26,625 bases of DNA, taken from positions 1 through 26,625 of the forward strand of contig JBKJJJ010000068.1 in NCBI GenBank assembly GCA_046598045.1. Direction: 5' to 3'. Positions 8,587-15,966 of this stretch are shown here, in pieces. Position 1 is the stretch's first letter; each line of letters opens with the position of its first letter. The notes beneath the pieces were generated by a model. The model did not search any database, had not been told where the DNA came from, and worked only from the letters and a program-made list of their open reading frames with translations. The stretch is from Candidatus Eiseniibacteriota bacterium (GTDB lineage: Bacteria; Eisenbacteria; RBG-16-71-46; DASYSL01). The translations under genes and the position numbers were made by a program.

Positions 8587-10398
8587 ATGCTGCTCACTCC
8601 GGGAACCCGCCTCGGCCCCTACGAGATCCTCGCGCCGATCGGCGCGGGCGGGATGGGCGAGGTCTACCGCGCGCGAGACACGCGGCTCCAGCGCGACGTC
8701 GCGGTCAAGGTCATCCTCGCCGAGAACTCCCGCGACCCCGAACACATCCTGCGATTCGAGCACGAGGCCCGCGCGGCCGGAGCTCTGAGCCACCCGAACG
8801 TCTGCGCCATCCTCGACGTGGGCACGCATGACGAATCCCCGTTCGTGGTGATGGAGTTGTTGGAAGGTGAGAGCCTGCGCGCGAAACTCGCGGCGGGCGC
8901 CATTCCGTTGCGCAAGGCGCTGGAGTACGGGGCGCAGGCCGCGGAGGGGCTTTCGGCGGCGCACGCGAAGGGGATCGTGCACCGTGACCTCAAGCCCGAG
9001 AACCTGTTCGTCACCCGCGAAGGGCGCGTGAAGGTGCTCGACTTCGGCCTCGCGAAGCTCAAGCGCCGGGAGGGGCTTGCGACACCCGGGGAGACCGTGG
9101 TCTCGCTCGCGGCGACCGGGGACGGGGCGATCCTGGGCACGTCGGCCTACATGTCCCCCGAGCAGATTCGCGGCGAGCCGGTCGACGACCGCACCGACGT
9201 GTTCGCGCTCGGCGTCGTACTTCACGAGATGCTGACCGGCGAGATGCCGTTCCGCGGGGCCACGGCGATCGAGGTGATGAGCGCGATCCTCCACCAGGAC
9301 CCCGCGCCATTGGCAACGCTGAGGCCCGATGCCCCGCCTTACCTCGCACGCATCCTGCGGCGTTGCCTTGCGAAGGATCCCGAACGCCGGATCCAGACCA
9401 GCAAGGACCTGCGCAACGAGCTCGAAGACGTGTTGCACGAGCTGGGGCTGGCGAGCCCCGGCGACCCGTCCGCCGAGAAACCGCAAGGGCAGCCGGTGGA
9501 GCGGCAATTCGTGCTCACCGCCGAGCACGTGCGCCAGCTCGAGGTTCGCAACCCGCGGCTGATCGGATTCCCGATGTTCTATCTCGACAACCAGGTCGAG
9601 TCGGAGACCCTGGTCGTCCTTTTGCATGGCCTCGGCGGCGACTACCGGCGATTCGAGCCGGCCTTGCGAGCCCTGCCCTGTCGCGCCGTTTCGGTCTCGC
9701 TGCCCGGGTTCGCGGAGGGGGACACGCATCGACCCGTGATCGGCATGGAGGACCACTCGCGCCTCCTGCGGATCCTGCTCAAGGACCTGGTGCGCGAGCA
9801 GCGCCCGGTGACCACGATCCTCGTCGGACATTCCGCGGGCGCCGACCAGTACTTGCGCATGATCGACTCGGAGGAGGGTGCGGGTGTCGACGTGGATGCG
9901 CTCATCGCGTTGGGGCCGAACGTGAGTCTCGACACCTGTTTCGTCTCCAGGCTCTACACGGCGCTCGATGCCGCGAACCCGGAGGCGATTCTCGACACGC
10001 TCAAGTCGCTCGGCGCGAACACGCGGCCACTGTCCGCGTGGCTGGTGGTGCAGGGCTACCTGTGCAATACGTTTATGAAATTCGGCTCCGACCTGGCGCC
10101 CCTCAAGCACTACGCGGCCGAGGTCGTGGCGCCGTTCGAGCGCCCCGGCGAACCGCTGGCGGACTGGTATCGCGCCGCCAAGGCGCAGCTGCGATGCGTG
10201 CGTCTCGTGTTCTCGGACCAGGAGGCCGGCCCAGCCGAGGCGTTGCTCGCCCGGCACCTCGAACAGAACGTGCTCGGGGATGAGTTCTCCGAGGATTCGT
10301 ACTTGATCGAGCCCGTGCATCACGCGGCCTTGCTCGAAGCCGGGCTGGTCCGGCGGCACGTCGAGAGTGTCCTCGGGCAGCTGGCGGCGAAGGCGTAA
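8587..10398 (+). CDS. Hanks-type Ser/Thr protein kinase fused to C-terminal alpha/beta-hydrolase domain
   Basis: Kinase motifs IGAGGMGEVY, VAVK, HRDLKPEN, DFGLAK, GTSAYMSPEQ, DVFALG. Hydrolase motifs VLLHGLGG and nucleophile elbow GHSAG. No hydrophobic TM segment between the domains. Confidence 0.92.
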   Translation: MLLTPGTRLGPYEILAPIGAGGMGEVYRARDTRLQRDVAVKVILAENSRDPEHILRFEHEARAAGALSHPNVCAILDVGTHDESPFVVMELLEGESLRAKLAAGAIPLRKALEYGAQAAEGLSAAHAKGIVHRDLKPENLFVTREGRVKVLDFGLAKLKRREGLATPGETVVSLAATGDGAILGTSAYMSPEQIRGEPVDDRTDVFALGVVLHEMLTGEMPFRGATAIEVMSAILHQDPAPLATLRPDAPPYLARILRRCLAKDPERRIQTSKDLRNELEDVLHELGLASPGDPSAEKPQGQPVERQFVLTAEHVRQLEVRNPRLIGFPMFYLDNQVESETLVVLLHGLGGDYRRFEPALRALPCRAVSVSLPGFAEGDTHRPVIGMEDHSRLLRILLKDLVREQRPVTTILVGHSAGADQYLRMIDSEEGAGVDVDALIALGPNVSLDTCFVSRLYTALDAANPEAILDTLKSLGANTRPLSAWLVVQGYLCNTFMKFGSDLAPLKHYAAEVVAPFERPGEPLADWYRAAKAQLRCVRLVFSDQEAGPAEALLARHLEQNVLGDEFSEDSYLIEPVHHAALLEAGLVRRHVESVLGQLAAKA

Positions 10399-10405
10399 TC
10401 CAGTC

Positions 10406-11806
10406 ATGTCGCGCATCGCGGTCCTCGGCGGGGGCACCGGCGGGTTGCTCGCGGCGCTGGTGCTCGCGCGCGCGGGCCACGCGGTCACGCTGGTCGAGAA
10501 GGATCCGCTACCCGGGCCGGTCTCGCCGACCAATCTGCTCGAGGAGTGGCATCGTCCGGGAACCCCGCAGGCGCAGCTTCCGCATGGCTTCATGGGACGC
10601 GCGCGGCAACTCCTGTCGCAGCGCAGCCCCGACCTGCTCGCGGCGATCCTGAAGGTCGGCGCGCTCGATTTTCCGCTCGCACCGTACATCCCGGGGCCGG
10701 AGCGCCTGGCGGGGGACGAGGACCTGGCCGTGGTTTGGTGCCGGCGCCCGCTGCTCGAGTCGCTGCTCTGGCGTGCCGCCGAGCGCGAGCCGGGGGTGCA
10801 CTTGCTCACCGGCGCCCCGGCCACCGGCCTGCTCCTAGACGGCGTCGATCCAGTTCGCGTACGCGGCCTGCGCCTGGCATCGGGCGAGGACCTGCAGGTC
10901 GACCTGGTGATCGATGCGGGCGGGCGCCGATCACCGGTGCGCGGCTGGCTGCTCGCAGTCGGGGCGACGCTGCCGCCGGACTCCACGCAGGAATGCGGAC
11001 TGATCTATTACTCGCGTTACTACGCGCTGCGACCGGGCGCGTCGTTCCCGCGTGGACCGTGGCTGTGGGGCCCGCGGATCGAACTCCCGTTCGGCATGCT
11101 CATGGTGCACCTGGCCGACAACGGAATCTTCTCGATCTCGATGGCCGTCGCGACCAGGGAGCCCGAACTGCGCGCGCTTCGCGACCACGTGGCGTTCGAT
11201 GCGGCGGCGGGCCTGCTGGCTCCGCTGCAGCCGTGGCTCGCCGTCGCAACGCCGATCTCGCCGGTGCTCGCCATGGGCGGGTTGCAGAACGTTTTGCGAC
11301 CTTTCCTGCTCGATGGAGCCCCGGTCGCCCTCGGGCTCCTCCCGCTCGGCGACGCGCTCTGCCACACCAACGCGGCGTACGGCTGGGGCGTGACGATCGG
11401 GATGGAACACGTGTACGCGCTGGGCGATGCCATGGCCGCGCACGGGGACGACGGCCGTGCCGCGGCGGAGGCCTACCATTCCCGCGTGTGGCCCGAGGCC
11501 GAAGCGCGATGGCGCGTTGCGTCGGAGCAGGATCGCGCCCGCATGCGGACGTGGCAGGGCGAGCCCGTGGACGATGCCGATACACCAGGCGCAGCGGCGC
11601 TGCGGGAGATCACGGCTTCGAGCATGGCGGATCCGGGGCTGTTCCGCGCGCTCATGCGCTTCATCACGTTGCTGGACCCGGCGGAGACCCTGCTCGGGAA
11701 CCCGGCGCTCCGGGAGGTCGCCCGCACAGTGCTGGCAAGCGCCCCGGCGCCAGCGCGGCCGACCTTGCCGACACGGGACGAGTTCCTGGCCGCGATCAGG
11801 GCGTGA
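10406..11806 (+). CDS. FAD-dependent oxidoreductase/monooxygenase (466 aa)
   Basis: ATG 10406, 7 nt after the kinase stop. Rossmann motif RIAVLGGGTGGL...VTLVEKD, plus RPGTPQAQLPH, VIDAGGRRS, and GD motif LGDALCHTNAAYGWG. Confidence 0.9.
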   Translation: MSRIAVLGGGTGGLLAALVLARAGHAVTLVEKDPLPGPVSPTNLLEEWHRPGTPQAQLPHGFMGRARQLLSQRSPDLLAAILKVGALDFPLAPYIPGPERLAGDEDLAVVWCRRPLLESLLWRAAEREPGVHLLTGAPATGLLLDGVDPVRVRGLRLASGEDLQVDLVIDAGGRRSPVRGWLLAVGATLPPDSTQECGLIYYSRYYALRPGASFPRGPWLWGPRIELPFGMLMVHLADNGIFSISMAVATREPELRALRDHVAFDAAAGLLAPLQPWLAVATPISPVLAMGGLQNVLRPFLLDGAPVALGLLPLGDALCHTNAAYGWGVTIGMEHVYALGDAMAAHGDDGRAAAEAYHSRVWPEAEARWRVASEQDRARMRTWQGEPVDDADTPGAAALREITASSMADPGLFRALMRFITLLDPAETLLGNPALREVARTVLASAPAPARPTLPTRDEFLAAIRA

Positions 11807-11870
11807 TTCTCATCGCGCCTGGTCCGCGCCTGGGACGATTCCGGGCTGCCTGGCCTGCCTCGGTGTTCTC

Positions 11871-11919
11871 GAGTCAAACAATAATAAACATTGACAAACA
11901 GTAAGAGGGACGCCAGCCT
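11871..11919 (+). promoter_or_regulatory. AT-rich promoter/operator with three phased direct repeats
   Basis: GAGTCAAACA|ATAATAAACA|TTGACAAACA, with AAACA at 11876, 11886 and 11896. Perfect -35 TTGACA (11891-11896), 17 nt, weak -10 CAGCCT (11914-11919). Inverted repeat GTCAA-N13-TTGAC. Confidence 0.75.
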
Positions 11920-11943
11920 TTCCTTAAGAAGGGAGGGCCACCC

Positions 11944-12777
11944 ATGGCAGCCGTCTCCACCAGCCCTGTCGCCGCCCCGGACCAGCCGGGCGGCTACGCC
12001 GGTTTCGTCACGGAGATCCTGAGCGACCGCGAGCGCTTTTACGCCGAGGTCGTCGAGGGCAAGCGGCTCGGCAGCCTGCTCGCCCATGCGCTGTGGACGC
12101 TGGTCGGCCTGTGCGCGCTCTACGGCGCGGCCGCGGGCGCCTACGCGGGGCCGCTGCAGGCCGTCTCGTCCGCGCTCAAGTTGCCGCTCCTGTTCCTCGG
12201 CACGCTGGCGATCTGCTTCCCCGGGTTCTTCGTCATCCAGGTGCTCGTGGGCTCGCGCCTCAAGCTGATCCAGGTGCTCACGCTCGTGCTCGGCGCGCTG
12301 TCCCTGAGCGCGATCCTGCTCGCGGCGGTCGTCCCCATCACGGCGTTCTTCCTGCTGACCGGGGCGAACTACTATTTCCTCACGCTGCTGCACGTCGTGC
12401 TCGTGCTCGCGGCGGGCCTCGTCGGCATGGCGGCGCTGCACGAAGGCCTCGCGTTTGCGTGCGAGAAGCGCGGCGTGTACCCGCGGCAGGCGATGACGAT
12501 CATGCGGGTGTGGGCGGTGCTGTTCGCGTTCGTGGGCATCCAGATGGCGTGGAACCTGCAGCCGTTCGTCGGCGATCGCGGCAAGCCGTTCGAGCTGTTC
12601 CGTCACAACGAGGGGAACTTCTACACCGCGGTGATCTACTCACTGCAGCGGCTCGGCAAGGGCGGCGACGCGTCGCCCACGCCCGCGATCCCGCCGCAGC
12701 ACGTCGAGATCCTCGACGAGACGCTCAAGCGGTATGCGCCCGCCGTCCCCGACAGCGCCGGCGCCGGCAAGCGATGA
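11944..12777 (+). CDS. Conserved integral membrane protein, about 5 TM helices (Yip1-like topology)
   Basis: Five hydrophobic segments. Conserved-looking motifs SSALKLPLLFL, VGIQMAWNLQPFVG and FELFRHNEGNFY; from memory these resemble a cyanobacterial family mis-annotated as 'actin-binding WH2 domain protein' (not verified). SD GGGAGG at 11931-11936. Confidence 0.85.
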   Translation: MAAVSTSPVAAPDQPGGYAGFVTEILSDRERFYAEVVEGKRLGSLLAHALWTLVGLCALYGAAAGAYAGPLQAVSSALKLPLLFLGTLAICFPGFFVIQVLVGSRLKLIQVLTLVLGALSLSAILLAAVVPITAFFLLTGANYYFLTLLHVVLVLAAGLVGMAALHEGLAFACEKRGVYPRQAMTIMRVWAVLFAFVGIQMAWNLQPFVGDRGKPFELFRHNEGNFYTAVIYSLQRLGKGGDASPTPAIPPQHVEILDETLKRYAPAVPDSAGAGKR

Positions 12778-13013
12778 GCGGCACGAACACGCCTCCCGAG
12801 CACGAGATCCTCACGCTCGAGGAGGTGGCGCATTACCTGCGCCTCAAGCCCCAGACGATCTACAAGTGGGCGCAGGAGAAGCGCATTCCCGCGGTCAAGC
12901 TCGGCAAGGAGTGGCGGTTTCGCCGCAGCATCCTCGACCGCTGGCTGAACGAGCAGATGCTGAGCGAGGAATCCGGCTTCGGGCACCTCAAGGAGCCGGA
13001 GGCGGGGGAGTAG
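12774..13013 (+). CDS. HTH_17 / excisionase-like (BldC-type MerR-like) DNA-binding protein, 79 aa
   Basis: ATGA overlap with the upstream stop codon. ILTLEEVAHYLRLKPQTIYKWAQEKRIPAVKLGKEWRFRRSILDRWL is a typical HTH_17 domain. Confidence 0.92.
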   Translation: MSGTNTPPEHEILTLEEVAHYLRLKPQTIYKWAQEKRIPAVKLGKEWRFRRSILDRWLNEQMLSEESGFGHLKEPEAGE

Positions 13014-13101
13014 GGCGCATCTCGGGTTGAACCCACCGCGCCCGCGTTCCGGCTCCCGTTGCTCCGCCGCGACGAGGCCGCCGACCCGGGTCACCGCTCG
13101 C

Positions 13102-14305
13102 TCAGAGTTTCGCGAACTCGACGCGGCGGTTCATCGCGCGGCCCTCGGGTTTCGCGTTGCTCGCCATGGCCTGCGTGTCGCCCTTGCCGTCGGTCGTGAA
13201 ACGATCGGCCGCGATGCCGAGCTGGGTGGAGAGCACCTTCGCCACCGCCGCGGCGCGGCGCTTGGAGAGATCGAGGTTGGCCGCCGCCGCGCCCACGTTG
13301 TCGGTGTGGCCGGTGATCTTGAGCTTCACCGCGGCGTTTGCCGCCATGTACGCGGCGACCTGCCGCAGGATCGGCGCGGAGTCCGCGAGCACGACGTCCG
13401 AGCCGCTCTCGAAGTGGATCCCGTGCGTCACGAGCTTGCCCTCGGCCAGCATGTCCTTCGCGGGCCTCGGCCCCTCGGCGAAGCGCACGTGCGAGATCAT
13501 CGGCCTGTCATCCGACCCGATCCGGAAGTCGAACTCCGCCGGGTCGCCGTGCGCCGCGTCGTACTCGGGCACGTTCACGAATCGCCCCTGGTCGACGTAG
13601 CCCTTGATCGCCTTCCCCCGCGCGAGCAGCATGATGTGGTGGCGGCCCGCCACGTCGTAGCCGAGCGGCGTGTTGGAGGAGACCTGCCCGGAGTGGAACT
13701 CGACATTGCTCCCGGAGTAGGGGAAACGGAGTTGCCAGACCTCGGCCCCGCCGGCGGTCATGCCCCCGAGGGTGAGTACGATCGCGCTCGCCGGATTCGC
13801 GTCGTAGAGGTCGAACTCGAGCGTCCAGAACTCGGGAAGCCCCCCCCGCGAGCTTCATGCGGATGTGCCCGTCCGTGCCCATGCTGCGCAGCCAACGCTC
13901 GCCCGCCATCTCGGCGACCTCGAATGTGCCCTTCACGAGCTTCCAGCGCGCGGGGAACTCGCCCAGTTCGTCGGCCGTGAAGTCGTCGGCGAAGATCACG
14001 CTGTCGCCGGGCACGAAGTCGAACTTCGTCGAGACGCCCGAAATCGAGCCGTTGCCTCCCGGGCCGGACTTGCCGCCGCCGGCCGCCTCGCCGCTTGCCG
14101 GTTTCGACGGGTCCTTGCCCGTGACCGCCTTTTCCGCGTCGTCGGCGGCCTTGTCCGTCGCCTGGTCGGCCTTGTCGTTTGCCTTGTTCTCGAGCTTCTT
14201 CTTGAGCCGATCGGCGAGCCCGGCTTTCGCGGGATTGGTCTGCGCCATCGCCCCGAGGACGAGGCTGCCTGCGAGCAACGCGACGAGAGTCCGGTGCCGG
14301 TTCAC
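13102..14305 (-). pseudogene. OmpA-family peptidoglycan-binding protein (about 400 aa) interrupted by a +1 frameshift in a G8 tract (phase-variable, pseudogene or sequencing error)
   Basis: GTG 14305 with SD AGGAGG and a signal peptide. KFDFVPGDSVIFADDF...GEFPARW lies in one frame. After G8 (13840-13847) another frame reads LPEFWTLEFD... through an OmpA_C domain (ITGHTDNVG, NLDLSKRRAAAV, GRAMNRRVEF). Removing one G joins them. Confidence 0.88.
13840..13847 (-). repeat. G8 homopolymer at the frameshift site
   Basis: Minus strand reads ATG AAG CTC GC-GGGGGGGG-CTT CCC GAG. G7 or G10 would be in frame. Confidence 0.9.
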
Positions 14306-14689
14306 GTCCCACCTCCTGAAAGGGCCTCGCCCCAGGGCGAGAGCCGAGGGCATGGTTACGAAAGTGGGACGATGTTAGACCTGCCGGATCAGCCGCGTGG
14401 GGTGTTTTCTTCGCCGCCACGAGTTTTGGAGCGGAGGAAGCTTGCCGTGTCACGGTCTCCGGATGCCGCCCGGGACCCCGTCCCATATGAGTCAGAGGAA
14501 AAGATCATCGATCCTGCGGTGCACCCGGTCTCGGGCGCGCGCGGCGCCTACAGCGAGGTGAGGGTCGGCGGGATGGGGGCGGTGCGGAGAGCTGGAGAGC
14601 CGAGACGGGTAGGGAGTTGGCACGGTCTGGATGATCCTGGGGTACGCTGCGGATCCACCGCCTCTCGCGTTCCCCAACCGGAAGCCACC

Positions 14690-15841
14690 ATGACCTTCGC
14701 CGAACTCGCCGTCCCCGCCGACCTGATCGCGGCTCTCGCAAAGCAGGGCATCACCGAGCCCACGCCGATCCAGGACGCGGCGCTGCCGGTGCTGCTCGAG
14801 GGGAAGGACGCCTACCTCAACGCGGAGACCGGCACCGGCAAGACGCTGGCGTACCTCCTTCCGCTGTTCGAACGCATCGATGCGGGCCTCGCGGCCACGC
14901 AGCTCATGATCCTCGCGCCGACGCACGAACTCGCGATCCAGATCCAGCGCCAATGCGTCGAGCTCGCGCAGAACGCGGGCCGGCCGATCCGCACGCTGCT
15001 CCTGATCGGGGGGACCTCGACCGAGCGCCAGATCGAGAAGCTCAAGAAGAAGCCGCAAATCGTGGTGGGATCGGCGGGCCGCATCCGAGACCTGCTCACC
15101 ATGGGGAAACTCAAGGGCCCGGCGATCCGGGCGGTGGTCCTCGACGAGGCCGATCGCATCATGGACGCGGAGAGCCTCCCCATGATCAAAGCGATTCTCA
15201 AGGCCGTCCCGTCGGGTCGCCAGCTCGTCTTCGCGTCGGCCACCGAGCAGGACGATTGCACCACCGCGATCACGGCGTTGGCGCCGGGGCTCGTGCTGCT
15301 GCGCGCGGGCGCCGCGCCGGTGAACGAGAACATCGAGCATCTCTATCTCGTGTGCGAGGGCAGGCAGAAGCCCGACCAGCTTCGCAAGCTGCTCCACGCG
15401 CTGCAACCGGAGCGGGCCCTCGTCTTCGCGCACGAGATCGAGACCTCCGATCGGATCACCGCGCAACTCGAGCACCACGGGATCCCCGCGGTCGAGTTGC
15501 ACGCCACCGCGCACAAGTTCGACCGCAAGCAGGCGATGGACGACTTCCGCAGCGCGAAGGTGCACGTCATGGTCGCCTCGGACGTGGCCGCCCGCGGGCT
15601 CGACATCCCGGGCATCTCGCACGTCTTCATCCTCGATCCGCCGACGCGCAGCAAGACCTACCTGCACCGCGTCGGCCGCACCGGGCGCGCGGGCGCGAAG
15701 GGCCGGGCCATCACGCTGATGACCGAGGACGAGGTTCGCCTCGTGGCCCGCTACGAGCGCGAGCTCGCGATCGCGATGGCGCGCGTGCGGCTGCGCGAGG
15801 GCAGGGTGATTCCGTACGGGGCGTCGGGGCGGATGGAGTGA
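14690..15841 (+). CDS. DEAD-box RNA helicase, minimal core (383 aa)
   Basis: Start ATG 14690 (MTFAEL). Q motif PTPIQ, I AETGTGKT, Ia PTHELA, II DEAD, III SAT, V SDVAARGLDI, VI YLHRVGRTGRAG. Confidence 0.95.
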   Translation: MTFAELAVPADLIAALAKQGITEPTPIQDAALPVLLEGKDAYLNAETGTGKTLAYLLPLFERIDAGLAATQLMILAPTHELAIQIQRQCVELAQNAGRPIRTLLLIGGTSTERQIEKLKKKPQIVVGSAGRIRDLLTMGKLKGPAIRAVVLDEADRIMDAESLPMIKAILKAVPSGRQLVFASATEQDDCTTAITALAPGLVLLRAGAAPVNENIEHLYLVCEGRQKPDQLRKLLHALQPERALVFAHEIETSDRITAQLEHHGIPAVELHATAHKFDRKQAMDDFRSAKVHVMVASDVAARGLDIPGISHVFILDPPTRSKTYLHRVGRTGRAGAKGRAITLMTEDEVRLVARYERELAIAMARVRLREGRVIPYGASGRME

Positions 15842-15966
15842 GCCCGCGTCACCGCTTCGGGATCGAATCGTCCAGCGGTTCGTTCGACTCCTGATCGACC
15901 CGCTGCACGAACCGCACGCGCCGGCTGGATACCGCCGGCGCGTGTCGGAAGCCGCCGCAGTCGACC

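Noticed and set aside
12774..13013. Excisionase as a marker of a prophage or ICE
   Set aside because: No integrase, att-like repeats, tRNA or phage genes in the window, and the gene is translationally coupled to a membrane-protein gene.
14345..14385. c-di-GMP-I riboswitch-like fragment (CGAAAGTGGGACG)
   Set aside because: Lacks the GGCAAAC and GCAAAGCC elements and a second stem, and is on the wrong strand for the adjacent ompA gene.
14617..14633. Sigma54 promoter (TTGGCACG) upstream of the DEAD-box helicase
   Set aside because: The -24 element is good but the -12 GC is absent (GG-N10-AT).
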